A stretch of 64,000 bases of DNA from Lingula anatina (GCA_051362555.1 CM120641.1:44088401-44152400), one strand, 5' to 3'. Counted from the first letter of the stretch, positions 1-14,400 are shown. The notes: generated by a model not told the origin, from the letters alone. Made by a program: numbers and translations.

Positions 1-5
1 CCAGC

Positions 6-599
6 ATGGGACCTTTGAGAAGACTTGTTTCTCTCATATTACTGTCGTTGCTTATAAACGCAAGTGCTAACGAAGGTGAGGTTTATTAATTAACGGTGAC
101 TTTTTTATACGATTGTGCTAACCAATGTAAATGCTTTTTAGTCTTCGTTTTTATTTAATGTCTATGGTATTCACGATGACATGATTTTAAAAACAATATT
201 TACAAAAATTAAAAATATACTGCAAGTATCTCTCAACAAAAACACCTCTTAAATTCACGTGCAATGGCAATTATTTTAGCGATACAACTATGTTATTGTT
301 CATTTGCAAAAAATAAACCTTGCATAAAATCAACGACCTGTAGACTTGTTCAGCTGCGCCGCAGGTTTGAATTATAAATAAACATTGTTCTTTTGAGACT
401 GCAGTGGACTCTCTTGTTTCCATCCATGATATATTTTAGGGAATTGTTTAAGTTTGTTGGTTCCAGAGCTCTGTGACGGCCGCTGCGGTGCTTTACTAGA
501 CCGTGCCCGCTCCTGTCAGTGTAACAGTGCCTGTCAGAGATACGGTGACTGCTGCGAAGATTATGAGGACTGCTGCCTGGGTGGGTGCAATTGAACCGG

Positions 600-632
<33 letters not shown>

Positions 633-3600
633 GGAGGGGTGGGGAGGGGGAAGTTTCGGGTAGCACAACTTCTATACGGTGCAATGGGAGAGGTGAACAC
701 ATTAACGCGTTTGGTTAAACAAAGGACGACTATATTTTCTTGAAAATAAAATGACCATATAAAGTGGTAATTTTGTCTGCTGAACACATAAAAGAATGCC
801 ATATTCTGATCTTCAAAATTTTAGACGGTAATCACTGTGTGACTTTTTTATTCAATTGTGGCTCTTTTTCAACAAGGAACATTTCATCATGCTTTTAAGT
901 CTTCGTTTTTATTTATTGCCAATGGGATTCGAGGGGCGGATCCAGGAATATTTGAAGGGGGGAGGGGGTCCACAGATGCAAAGCCGATCCGACCCCCTCC
1001 CCCCCCCCCCCCCCCATATTGAGGATACCATGATGTTGCAGCGCGTCTTGCTTCATTGATGGGCGCATTGTCCTGCTCTAAAGAAGTGTTTGTGGCTGGA
1101 TTTGCCTAAATATATGCGCCCCAACAGGAATTCTTCTCTGTATCGTTCACTAATGAAACATCCCTTGAATGACGTACAGTGGTGATTTTTCATCATGTGA
1201 GACACCGACCCAGACAAACCTTACGGCACCCTACACACGTGGGAGAACAAAATCGTCCTGAAACGCTTTCAATTGGTTTGGACCTCTCCGAACTCATAAC
1301 TGACCATCTGCAAACAACTGCTCTGTACATAATTTGCCACAATAAAATGCTTGGTTGCCGAGAAAATTAAGAAATAAGAAAGTGTTGCTTAACTTATTAG
1401 ATGAGTGAATATGGGTCAATGCAATCATCAATTTATTTTTAACCTCCTTAACTCTCAAGATGAATTTGATTGAGGTGATATTGACAGGAAACGATAATAT
1501 GAAAATAGATATTTGGGACAAGTGTGGGACAATACATACCTTTTTTGGTGAGTTTGTCTGTTGTCTTTATTTGTATATTATGCTCGTACATATACTTTAA
1601 AAATCAACGTCTGTCTAATTTTCATACGGTAGGCAATTGCAGTTAAAAGATTGTGCTTTTTTTAATGCAATACAATTAATTTCCTGCAATATGGTGGTTA
1701 TGCTAAAACTCCGCCGCATAATATTAAAGTACCAGTACCAATATCCAAAACGGCTGGAGTATATTTATTTTTCACTAGGAACTTAAACGCTATCCGGGTA
1801 TGCTTTTAACAGTAGATATGATAGATAGCGGCTTAAAGAACCTTGGGTCACATCCATGTTTTAGGGGATAACAATTGTCTGCATGAGGTTCATATATGTA
1901 TTTCACAACAATAATTGTAAACAACTAATAAAAAAAAATTCAACTTTGCCACCAAAGCCTCGGTTATTGCAATTATCTGTATTCCTTACTTGACATCAGA
2001 CACTATAGACCTTCATAGATGGCTGTACCTCCGTAATGATCTCTTAAAGGACTATTACAAAAACCAAACTTTTTAGGAAATACGTGGACTTACTTTGAAT
2101 GTTAGCAAGGATTCATGAACGATTGGTCAGTATTGGAAATTCGTCATTTACCTCAGAAAACCCTTTTTTGTTTCAAAAAGGAACAGTTGCTATCCTTTTA
2201 AACAGAATATATAGCGCCTAAATTTTCTTTGATGAAATTTGATTAAGAAGGTTTGATGTTTTTTTTTTTCAAGAAGGTTTTAATTTTGCTGGATACTTGG
2301 GCAACGGCAGCCATATTCGTCCATGGAAATTTACCACAGATTCCATTTGAACACCAGACTGTTACTTTGGCAAAAGCTACCTAAATCCACCAAATCAGTG
2401 CAACATCTGTATTTATACGAACAGAAGTTTTTAAAAATGACAATGGTATCAACCATGTTTATCCTTTTAAACTGTCAAAATGAACGAAACGTTAGAATGA
2501 ACAAAGGAATTGAATACGTTATTGGAATGGTTACTACATTTAGATTGTAGGTTATCAGTAGAAATATTATTCTTCATTCCCATTTTCCTTTGCACTGTAG
2601 CATCAACATACCCTGTCTACACCTGTGAAAAGGATACTTTTTGCTGGTCGATATGGCTGATTCGGTAGCCCAGGTTATCAAATACATGTTCACTTAGACC
2701 CCATTTCCAGAGATTAGATCGATCTACTTTAGATCGACCTAACTCCCTGGGGGTTCACGCTAAATAGCTGTCAGCCGAGCGGACACGAAAGTTAATTACC
2801 CCCTTACAGCTTGTAGTAGGCGGGACGGACATTTAAGCCGGATTATCTGACAGTAATCTAGTGAGACTCCCCGCAGGGATAGATCGATCTAAAAGCTCTG
2901 GGAATACAGCCATAGAAACTAATTATAAATTTCCCCCAATTCTGCGCAGAAACGCAGGGTCTGGAAAGGGGGCACAGAGGGCACGTCACCCTCCTCCCGT
3001 TCTACTTACTCTCCCTTTTCCCTGAAAAATGTGCAGAGGCGGATACAGGATTATTCGGGACCTGCTGAACGGTGCCATTTGGTACGGTTTAGAACTATGA
3101 TTCAGCTAGTCAAAATTCTAATTACAAGAGGGGACCTGAAATCGAAGGGGGTCAGGACCCCCTGACCTCCCCCTCCAAATCCGCCACTGAGATTCCCGGT
3201 GAAATGATTTTAAAGACAATTTTAAAAAAAATTAAAAATCTACTCATTCATGTGCAATCGCAATCATTTTTAGCGATACAACTATGTTATTGTACATTTG
3301 CGAGAATTAAACCCGTATTAAACAAGCTTAAGAATAGGAAAAAAAAACTGCGGCGTAATGGTTCCGGTTTCCAAAATGTTAGAAGAAGATGAAAACAGCG
3401 ACCTATAGACCTGCTCAGCTGCTCGGCAGGTAAAAATGAAAAAAAAAAATAATAAATGTTGTTATTTTGAGACTCTGTAGTGGACTCTTCTGTTTTCATT
3501 CACGACATATTTTAGGATTTTGTATGTTTTTTTGTTTCAGAGCGCTGTAACGGCCGCTGCGGTGCTCTGCTAGACCGTACCCGCTCCTGTCAGTGTAACG

Positions 3601-4341
3601 ACGAATGCTGTGAAGACTATGTGGAGTGCTGCCTGTGTGGGTGCAATATTGAGTGTAACAGGAATGGAAGTCCGCTTCCCATTACTTTGTACGGGTGACA
3701 TTCCTCCTATAAACTAATCCCAATATTCCAGCTAACCCTAACCTGTACTAATCATACGGGAGCCTGGACTTGCATTCATGTTACACCGGGAGTGAGGGGG
3801 GATAGTTTTGGGTAGCACATCTTCTATGGGGTACAATGGGTGTAATGGGGGTGAACGCATTTAGTAAAACATAGGAGGACTATTTGAAAAAATATAATGT
3901 AAGTACAACGTGGTAATTTTGTCTGCTGAACGCAAAAAGGAATGCAATTTCGTCTTCTCCTGTTAATGGCGGGACCATTATAATTCATACTTTTATCTAA
4001 AACTGCAATTGAATACAGTGTTGTGACTGAATATGTAAACAAAGTAAAATATACAATGGGAAAAGAGGGAAACTGTCGAAAATCGTATCGTGAAGTTTAT
4101 TTAGCGCCCATAATATACCTCTTTGCTTGAAATGTAGTCTATTAATTGTTTCCCTTCAGACCGGCATTGTCCTGTCTTAATCACTGATGACGAGCTGTCA
4201 CAACTTGCCGAGGAACTGTATGACGTAGACTCCAACAAAGCTGCTTCAAGTGACGTCATTCTGGAGGACCTCGGAGTACAGTAATTTCACTTACACATTA
4301 TTTCTCATACACACATGCACACACACATACACTTGTAACGT

Positions 4342-4372
<31 letters not shown>

Positions 4373-6087
4373 AACCCCCCTCTTTTTCTCTCTCCCTGTT
4401 GTTTTTTTAGACGAAAGTACAAACAAGAATGGACGAACTACTAAAACATTACCATCTCTTTTTGACACAGGTTGTTCTACTATGTGAACGAGGCGTCGCT
4501 ACTGCAGAACCCATCTTACTCACTGTTTCTTTCCCTTCTTGACAACTACAACCCGTATACTGGTCAGTTAGAAACCCTCAGCAGTGACGAGCTCTCCGAG
4601 ATTGACCAGTATCTGGATTATATTTTGACCACGCCCGTTATGGTGACACTGAAAACTTTCCTGAAGCAAAAAGGTAAATACATACAGATATTTAGGGACA
4701 AAATACCAACGAATACGATCATTCTGCATTACAATCCCTGTTAAGCGTACGATACAAACTCCACTCTTCATCAAAACAATCACAGAACAACAGTCTCTTT
4801 AAAACTGCAAATGTAAAAATAAAACAAAAAAGCATTTGAACAGATCTCTATAACGACCTCTATTGAAGAACAGAAATTTTCGACTAAAAAAATCCTCTAT
4901 TTAAGAACAAGTTTTTACCTATCAAAGGATACGCCAGTTCTGATTCTGCGTACCGTGGTCTTCTCGATGACCTGTGGTTCCAGCTATACCCGCGGTCATC
5001 CTTCGGCCCCGTGGACAGTAGCGGCTTCGAGCACGTGATGGTCGGGGAGTTAAAGACCTCGTCGGTCACCGGGTTTCACAACTGGTTCCGGTTTTATCAG
5101 CTGGAGAAAGCGGGTAGCTTAACGTACAAAGGATTCCGTTCGTCAGTGCAAACATCGGTAGGGTATTAAGCAATACGGGTTCTTGCTCGTGTGTTGAAGG
5201 CCAGTTTATTCTTTCTGGTAAACCAAATGTTTTCACAATTCCGACAACTTCTGCGCAATCGTCACATTTTGTTTACTACTGTACAAGAGGGCTTATTGTA
5301 TTCAATGGGGGTTAATTGTGAATGTCTCTTTTTTTCGGACTGTTTCCACACAAGAATAAACCATATGGATGAGATTTTCGGTTGAAACAGGCAGTTAACG
5401 AAACCTAGGGTGTGGTTAAATTAACATTTACTACTTCTCTTCTCCACTGTATTACCTTTGTTAGTGTATAATGTGATAATTTTGAAACAAGAGAGATAGA
5501 TGGATCGCTGAGTGAACGACAATAAAGCATGAATAACAAATAGCCGGGTATAACTCCATCTGTTTGATTTCATTTTCCAGCCCCAAGTTCTCAAAGTCCG
5601 CCTGGAGTGGTTCGGGAAGAGTAAGCCCCAGTCTAGTTTCTTTCTAGGGACCTCTCCTGAGTACGACATGGCTGTATACACTGTGTGCGCGCTGGCCAGG
5701 ACTAACAGCCGCTGTCCTATCAAACTAGCCGTAAGCGGACCTCATGGACGACAGATTTTCCCGAATAGCAGTGTATTAATTGCTCAGCTATTTTTTATGT
5801 AGCTTAATTTGATTCTTTTGTCATTTCAATTGAAGTTCTTTTTATTTTATTTTCATACATTTTTTTATAAAGCAGCGGTTAGGGATGCGATATAAGCTCT
5901 TTTCCATTGTTGGTCTCAGCAATTTAAAATTAACGGCAAGTCATACCGTGTATTGTCGGCACCTGCGTGTTATATACAGTTATCTTATTTTTTTTTTTCA
6001 TTTCAGGGGAAGTCTGTACCCATTCAAACCTATGACGTTGCACACAAATCAGGCCTCCAGATTGCCACCTCCTACCCCGTTATATAA
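6..6087 (+). CDS. ENDOU: Secreted poly(U)-specific endoribonuclease (EndoU/XendoU/PP11 family), copy 1, two SMB exons, ~354 aa
   Basis: Eight GT-AG exons in continuous frame: 6-75 (signal peptide MGPLRRLVSLILLSLLINASANE), 467-580 (SMB: LCDGRCGALLDRARSCQCNSACQRYGDCCEDYEDCC), 3541-3636 (shortened SMB), 4160-4280, 4471-4673, 4928-5157 (DSSGFEHVMVGE...GFHNW), 5581-5730 (WFGKSKPQSSFFLGTSPEYDMAVYTVC), 6007-6087 (IQTY...IATSYPVI*). Catalytic His/His/Lys present. Confidence 0.93.
1016..1365 (-). pseudogene. Degenerate Tc1/mariner transposase fragment (truncated)
   Basis: Near-identical to part of 9670-10260; minus strand gives the VWVGVS and QDNAP motifs with stops and frameshifts. Confidence 0.7.
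2697..2911. mobile_element. ~215-bp MITE (Harbinger-like, TWA target)
   Basis: Imperfect terminal inverted repeats with tagatcgatcta subterminal palindromes. Absent at the orthologous site in copy 2 (gtacacatagaaact, ~12593). Same family at 7694-7910 and 21932-22146. Confidence 0.65.
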
Positions 6088-6427
6088 TAGAATCGTGAAG
6101 ATTTGTCTATTTTTGGTCCTTTTGATTTCAACTGTTTGTGTGTAAATTGGCTGGAAATTTTATCAACCGCCTTCACTGTGAAAGTTTTCAATCTGTATTT
6201 TAGACATTTATCTGTGTTAAAACACAACACGGCACCAAATATTAAATACCATTCAAATTTGAGTTCATAGTTAATAGTTATATTTATAATATGTAAACTG
6301 ATTCATGGTCAATAACAATCACACATGTTGAAATCTAACTGAATTATAGCACCATAAATGTTATGGCAATTCTAATGTTCACTTGTATCTGGTTGCAATC
6401 TTCACACGTATATTTTATGAAACAGAC

Positions 6428-6595
6428 CAGGCCCGTAGCCAGCAATTTCAAAAGGGGGGTTCTTTATCTGAAAAAGTGGACCTTTTCCCATAAAAACGCC
6501 ATGTACCTAGATCAAATTTTACCCAAAGTGGACCTTTTCCCAGCAAAAGGGGAGGTTCTATCGAACCCCCCGAACCCCCCCTGGCTACGGGCCTG
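6428..6595. mobile_element. 168-bp MITE with 15-bp perfect TIR and 5-bp TSD
   Basis: CAGGCCCGTAGCCAG ... CTGGCTACGGGCCTG, flanked by cagac on both sides. The empty site (single cagac) is seen in the copy 3 flank at ~25647. Confidence 0.9.
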
Positions 6596-7693
6596 CAGAC
6601 TAAGGCCAAGTATATTTGGTTCCTGCAGACATTTGCTGTTATTAAAAAAATTGGCACAAACTTTGAATTTTGCAGTTTTTGGAGTACCTTACAGGAAATC
6701 ATTTTACTTTTTACTTTTCTAAATCATGAAGCAATGGCACTGGATAGAAGATACTACATCTCTCAGCACTGTTCATGATCAGTAAAACGTGAAATGAGAG
6801 AGAGAGGGCAATCCACTTGGCTGACTTGTCAAATTTAGACAGCGAGACTTTCAATCGTACACCTCATTCTTGAAAAGACTGGTATATTTGGTGTTCGACT
6901 TGCAAAAAGAGTAAATTTTAGTACATCTTCTTGGATTTGAGGATCAAACGGCTACCAAATGACTCCAAAGCACCAAGTATGTGTTCTTTGCCTTTAATTT
7001 AGCCATTTTGGTCTCTTACACTTGTTTCAAGGTCTTTAAGATGTGAAACATATTGTACTAATTAGATGCATGTAAGTCTATGTGACAACTTAAGCCTACA
7101 TGTATATTGATATTGGAGGCTTAAAATAGTTTGCACTCACATTTTACGAAACAGATAATATCAAAATGTATTCTGCACTAGAAAATAATATAAAACGGAG
7201 TATTGCTCATTTACAAAGATGCAATACATATAGTTTCCAAATGGCGAATTATGCCCAATTTCAGAATGGTATCTGACGGCCAACTTGGATTTGAGGGATG
7301 AAATGGCCACCGATGGCCTCCATAATGGTAAAAATGAGTATTTTGCTCATAATCTAGTCCAATATCGATGGTACATAACAAAAAATTGCATTTTAATAGT
7401 TATATTTGAATACGGGTTATCAATATCCATGGTTTTGCAGCGTTCACACACATATATCTTGAGAAGTCACTTAAAACACCCTCTTTGTCCCTTCAAATCA
7501 CCTTCTATCACCAAAACAATATCAAAATGACCCCCAAAATAGTAGGAATCTATATATATCATGTATATGTAGGTCAAACGCTTCAAAAATCAACATGTCT
7601 CTTTATCTCTTTATTTTTCTTCCTTATTTTACAAAAGATATATTCTTTTTCAATCCAAAAATCAATGTTTTCAGATTTCTTGCCTCTCCCTTA

Positions 7694-7910
7694 GACTGGG
7701 TTCTCACAGATTTAGATCGATCCATCTGGGTCGACCTAACTCCCTGGGGGTTCACGCAAAATTGCCGTTAGCTTCCTGGAGCCGAGCGTGCACAAAAGTT
7801 AATTACCATCTTACAGCTTTTAGTAGGCGGGTCAGACATTTAAGACGACAGCAATCTAGTGAGACTCCCCAGGGGGATAAATCGATCTAAATATTTGTGG
7901 GAATGGTCTT
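7694..7910. mobile_element. Harbinger-like MITE (same family as 2697-2911)
   Basis: Shared core gatcgacctaactccctgggggttcacgc; flanked by TTA on both sides; empty site in the paralogous spacer at ~18290. Confidence 0.7.
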
Positions 7911-8202
7911 TTAGAACATTCTTGACCTTCTGGCTTAGATTTTTGAAACGGAAATGTGTAATGCCCGCTTAAACTGTGCTTTGTATAGTTATTTGACCTG
8001 ATTGAGCAAGATGTAAGCAAACTGTTAATACCAAACTGACAGTAAAGATAAACATCTGCCTTGAAATGAATTTGGTCTATTGAAAGTTACAAGTTTATTT
8101 TAATCACAAGTCCGGCTACAATTGATGCTATCTATAAAATTTTAAATTTATATATTATGCAGTTGTACATTATAATAAGAATTCAATCATTTGTCTAATT
8201 TC

Positions 8203-8235
<33 letters not shown>
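8203..8235. repeat. (AAT)n microsatellite
   Basis: Direct reading of the sequence. Confidence 0.9.
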
Positions 8236-8236
<1 letters not shown>

Positions 8237-8946
8237 TATAATAAATAAATAATAAATATAATGTTTTCACAGCTTTATTTAAAAATATAAATCTGTTCAT
8301 TCAGTTCTTTTTTATAGGTGAAGTACTTGTACTATATATGAGTGTTTATAGCTTGGAGGATAAATTAAAGCAGAAAACTTATTTAAACTCAATGAATTTA
8401 AAAGTCATTTTGAAAACTCTTCATATAAAAAAATATATATATTTCTTTAAGCCTAATAATCGTATGTGACTGATCAATAGATAAACACGTGTGCTTCTCA
8501 GTTGTAAACAGAAACAATTTAATTAATTATTGGGTTGTTTATTGCATATTTTGGCCCAACACGTTACGTTATGCATATAATGATGTGGTTGGGCCAACTT
8601 TGGGCCAGCGTATTACTGCCAACACCAACTATGTGCCAATAAACCAATCATTCCCCTACGCTGGCCCAACGCATGCATGCTATCTGGGTGGTGGTTAGAA
8701 AAACCTGCACTTAAATGCGTCCCGAAATAATAAGTTAAATAATAAATAGATAAATTAATAAAATAAATAGAAAATTTAAATATTCAACGTCATTCATTTT
8801 TCATTGAGAATTAATAAATTATAAGATTTATAAGAATTATTCCGGTCTAAAAGGTACGCAAACCTCATATTTACCACGAATGCTCTTATATTAATCAATA
8901 TCGTTCACGGGATGCGTAGTTTTTGACACACAGAAACTGATCGAAC

Positions 8947-11424
8947 ATGGGAACTTTGAGAAGACATGTTTCACTCATATTACTGTCATTGCTTATAAAC
9001 GCAAGTGCTAACGAAGGTGAGGTTTATATTTTTCTTGTATTTTCAACGAGTTCCAGCTGATTTTCAAAATTGTAGACGGTAATTAACGGATTGACTTTTT
9101 TATACGATTGTGCTTACCAATGCAAAAGACTTTTTCAACAAGGAACATTTCATCATGCTTTTAAGTCTTTGTTTTTATTTATTGTCAATGGGATTCCAGG
9201 GGCGGATCCAGGAATATTTGAAGGGGGGGGGGGGGTCCGCAGATGCAAAGCCAACACGGTCCCTTGGTATTTTAGAGGGCAAACGAAGCCATTTGGTACG
9301 GTTTAGAACTATAAATCAGCTAGTCAAAATTGTAATTCCAAGAGGGGACAATTAGTGTGATTTCTTTTCAGAAGCAGAAAGGGGGGGACCCCCCTGACCC
9401 CCCCCCCCCCCTCTAAATCCGCCACTGTATAACGTGCCTATTTCACATATTATAATTGCTCGTTTGAAAAAAACTCTGTGGTCCGTCATCACTAAAGTAA
9501 TTGCAGCCAAGCATACAGCACACCATATTTAAAAATTTAAAAATTGATAAAATAAAACATTTTTCTTGATTCACCGTCCAACTTACTCTGTCTCCTTGCC
9601 TGTAATTGATTTTGCATTATAAAAGAAGAATGTGGATAACAGAAGAGTAATCGTCTAATTATGCAGGATATCAAGCGCGTCCTCCCTGGTTTTGACTGGT
9701 TTTGAATGATGGCTTGACATTGTGTATTGCAACTTGCCACCAAATTCTGTAAATCTTGCATTGGGAGTCTTTTCCATTCCTCAATTACTGCCTGCTAGAG
9801 CTCTCATATCCTACTGGAGGTTGTCTCTCATTTACTGCTCTGCCAATAATATCCCAAGCATGTTCTAATACACTGAGATCTGGCGTAAAATGTGTATGCA
9901 GGACAATCCATATTGGGGATACCATGATGTTGCAGCACGTCTTGCTTCATGGACGGGCGCATTGTCCTGCACTACAGAAGTGTTTCTGGCTGGATTTGCC
10001 TCATTGTATGCGCCCCAACAGGATTTCTTCTCTGTATCATTCACTGATGAAACCTCCTATGAATAACGTACAATGGTAATTTTTCATCATGTGAGACACC
10101 GACCCAGACAAACCTTCCGGCACCCTACACACGTGGGAGAACAAAATCGTCCTGAAACACTTGCATTTGGTTTGGACCTCTCCGGGCTCATAACTGACCA
10201 TCTGCAAACATCTGCTCTGTACAAAGTTTGCCACAATAAAATGTTTGGTTGCCGAGAAAATTAAGAAATAAGAAAGTGTTGCTTAACTTATTAGCATCAA
10301 TGCATATTGAGAATGAGTGAATATGGGTCAATGCAGTCATCAATTTATTTTTAACCTCTTTAACTCTCAAGATGAATTTGATTGAGGTGATATTGACAGG
10401 AAACGATAATAGGTAAATAGATACCATATTTTGGGACAAGTGTGGGACAATACATACCTTTTTGGGTGAGTTTGTCTGTTGTCTTTATTTGTATATTCTG
10501 CTCGTACATATGCTTTAAAAATCAACGTCTGTCTAACTTTCATACAGTAGGCAATTGCAGTTAAAAAGAGTGCATTACGCATTATGGTGGTTATGCGAAA
10601 GCACCGCCACATAATATTAAAGTAGCAGTATCAATATCCAAAACGGCTGGAGTATATTTATTTTTCACTAGGAACTTAAACGCTATCCGGGTATGCTATT
10701 AACAGTAGATATGATAGATTGGGGCTTAAAGAACCTTGGGTCACATCCATGTTTTAGGGATAAAAATAGTCTGCATGAGGTTCATATATGTATTTCACAA
10801 CAAAAATTGTAAACAACTAATATAAATATAACAATTCCATTTTGCCACCAAAACCTCAGTTATTGCAATTATCTGTCATCTGTTCTTGCCATCGGACACT
10901 ATGGACCTTCATAGATGGCTATACTTCCGTAATGATCTCTTAAAGGACTATTACGAAAACCAAACTTTTTAGGAAATACGTGGACTTACTTTGAATGTTA
11001 GCAAGGATTCATGAACCATCACTGAGAATAAAATCCAAGTGACTCCAAATTGGAGTCCAGCAGTGGTGCCTAAAATTACTCCCAATAATAGTCAAGTTGA
11101 CGCCATCCCAGACTCCACAGGAGAGTTACAATTGACTCCATTCACACATCCCTTCATTCCTTGGTTTATCTCTACAAAAGAGTCACCATGACACCATATT
11201 AAGGAATTTTTGACTCCTTGGCACATTATGAGAAAAAACAACAACAACAGCGTTAAGAGGGGAGACCGATTATTTAAGACTGGCATGTTCAAGGAGGGGT
11301 TTGTACCCACATCCTCCCTCTCCGGAGACGGACACTCTAACTACAAGGCCATCCGGTCGCATAGGATGTATGGTGCTGATATAGCAATAACAAAGAGTTT
11401 GTAAATCTGGTAATAAACAGCATG

Positions 11425-11456
<32 letters not shown>

Positions 11457-14400
11457 CACAAATATACCAATGAGTGAGCATACCTCCCCAGTGACATGCA
11501 TTGGCGGGTCAAACCTACAACCTGGAAACAAAACTTGCTGACCTGTATACCAACATTTCACATAAAGGGTGTGGTCAACTGAAAGCCCGGGCCAGTAATA
11601 AGTGCATGAGTTCTGCATGCAGAAACACACAGAAAACCACTTGTTCATGCATAACTATGGCCAATAAAGTAATGTTTATACTGACAAAGGATGATGAAAA
11701 CTGTTCTCTCCACGCCGTCTGCTCACTGCCATCACAAGTACTGAAACGAGGCTTACTGTCCAGCGAGCGAAAAGAGTCGGTGGAAGGGGTCAGCCAGACA
11801 CTGGCCCCCGGTAATTTGACCCTGATTTTAGAGTCAGATTGACTCAATGAGAGCCAGGGGGTGATTGACTCTGATAAGAGAGTCTAAAGACTCTGGTAGT
11901 GGAGTAATTAGACCTTATATAGAAGTCAAATTAACTCCATGAGGGTCAAGGGGTGCTGGACTCTGACTAGAGAGTCAATTAACTCCAATTTTATTCTCAG
12001 TGATTGGTCAGTATGGGAAAATCGTCATTTACCCCAGAAAACCCTTTTTTGTTTTGTTTTTTCAAATAGGAACAGTTGCTATCCTTTTAAACAGAATATA
12101 TATAGCGCCTTAATGTTCTTTGATGAAATTTGATTAAGAAGGTTTGATGCAATATGGTCAATTTTTTCAAGACGTTTTTAATTTTGCTGGATACTTGGGC
12201 AACGGCAGCCATATTCGTCCATGAAAATTTACCAGAGATTCCATTTGAACACCAGGCTGTTACTAAGTCAAAAGCTACCCAAATCCACCAAATCAATGCA
12301 ACATCTGTAGGCTTTTTATACGAACAGAAGATTTAAAAAATGACAAAGGTATAAACCATGCTTATCCTTTTAAGCTGTCAAAATGGACGAAACGTTAGAA
12401 TGAACAAAGGGTTTGGATACGTTACTGGAATGGTTACTACATTTAAATTGTAGGTTATCAGTAAATATATTATTCTTTATTCCCATTTTCCTTTGCACTG
12501 TAGCGTCAACATAAACTGTCTACACCTGTGAAAAGGACACTTTTTGTACTGGTCGATAAGGCTGATTCGGTAGCCCAGGTTATCACATACATGTACACAT
12601 AGAAACTAAATGCTTAATTTCCCCCAATTCAGCGAAGAAACGCAGGGTCTGGAAAGGAGGCACAGAGGGCACGTCACCCTCCTCCCGTAGCTCCCAACGT
12701 ACTCCCTACTCTCCCTTTTCCCTGAAAATGCAGCTTAACATGCGCAGGGGCGGATACAGGATTATTTGGAGGGGGCGCGGATGCGAAACCGACCCTCTTC
12801 TCCCCCCCCCCCTGCAACTTGGCGTGGGGTTCGGGACCTGCTGAACGGTGCCATTGGTACGGTTTAGAACTATGATTCAGCCAGTCAAAATTCTAATTAC
12901 AAGAGGGGACCAGAAATCGAAGGGGGGGGGGGGGCGGGGGGGGGGGGGGGGTCAGGAACCCCTGACCCCCCCCCTCTAAATCCGCCACTGGGATTCCCGG
13001 TGAAATGATTTTAAAGACAATTTTTTTAAAAAAATTAAAAATCTACTCATTCATGTGCAATGGCTATCATTTTTAGCGATACAACTATGTTATTGTACAT
13101 TTGCGAGCAATAAACCCGTATTAAACAAGCGTAAGAATAGGAAAAAAAACTGCGGCGTAATGGTTCCGGTTTGTAAAATGTTAGAAGAAGATGAAAGGAG
13201 CTACCTATAGACCTGCTCAGCTGCTCCGCAGGTAAAAATTAAAAATTGTTATTTTGAGACTATGTGGTGGACTCTCCTGTTTTCATCCATGACATATTTT
13301 AGGATTTTGTATGTTCTTGTATTTTTTTTTGTTTGTTTGTTTCAGAGCTCTGTTCCGGCCGCTGCGGTGCTTCACTAGACCGTGCCCGCTCCTGTCAGTG
13401 TGACAGTGCCTGTCACAGATACGACGATTGCTGTGAAGACTATGTGGAATGCTGCCTGTGGTGTGGGTGCACTATTGAGTGTAACAGGAAAGGAAGTGCG
13501 CTAGGAACCGTAGTCCGCTTCTCATTACTTTTTACGGGTGACATTCCTCCCATAAACTAATCCCAATACTCCAGCTAACCCTAACCTGTACTAATCATAC
13601 GGGAGCCCGGACTTTCGGGTAGCACATCTTCTATGGGGTGCAATGGGTGAGGTGAACGCATTTGGTTAAACAAAGGACGACTAATTTTTAAAAATATAAT
13701 GGACGTATAACGTGGTAATTTTGTCTGCTGAGCGTAAAAAGAAATGCTATTTCGTCTTCTCCAGTTAATTGCAGGACCATTAAAATTCATGCTTTTATCT
13801 AAAACTGCAATTGAATACAGTGTTGTGACTGAATATGTAAACAAAGTAAAATATATATTAGGAAAAGAGTGAAACTGTCGAAAATCGTATTATGAAGTAT
13901 ATTTAGCGCCCATAATATACCTCTTTGCTTGAAATATAGTCTACTAATTGTTTCCCTTCAGATGGGAATTGCAGTCCTCCAACTGACCCTGTCCCAATCA
14001 CTGATGACGAGTTGTCACAACTTGCCGAGGGACTGTATGTCGTGGACTCCAACAAAGCTGCTTCAAGTGACGTCATTGTGGACGAAGGCGGAGCACGGTA
14101 ATTTCACACACACATTATACTTCAAAGACACATGCACACACACACACACACACAGACACACACATAAACTTGTAAGGTTCTCTCTCCCCCCCTAACCCCC
14201 CTCTTTCTCCCTCTCCCTGTTGTTTTTGAGACGCAAGAACAAACAAGAATGGACGAGCTACGAAAACATTGCCATCTCTTTTTGACACAGGTTGTTCTAC
14301 TATGTGAACGAGGCGTCGCTACTGCAGAGCCCATCTTACTCACTGTTCCTTTCTCTTCTTGACAACTACAACCCGTATATTGGTCAGCTAGAGACCCTCA

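Larger units (their letters stand above)
931..3189. mobile_element. Composite DNA-transposon insertion in an EndoU copy 1 intron (deleted version of 9197-12990)
   Basis: Begins gaggggcggatccagg after ggattc and ends atccgccactg before agattc. Contains a Tc1 remnant and nested MITEs. The left MITE is deleted from its poly-C tract into the Tc1 fragment. Confidence 0.7.
9197..12990. mobile_element. Composite element bounded by two CAGGGGCGGAT...ATCCGCCACTG MITE copies, 6-bp TSD GGATTC
   Basis: MITE copies at 9197-9427 and 12745-12990. GGATTC at 9191-9196 and 12991-12996 flanks the whole unit, not each MITE separately. Confidence 0.75.

Noticed and set aside
350-802. 150-aa minus-strand ORF (and its twin at 19603-20037)
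   Set aside because: Antisense to the SMB exon and runs through a (TG)n microsatellite; no protein-like features.
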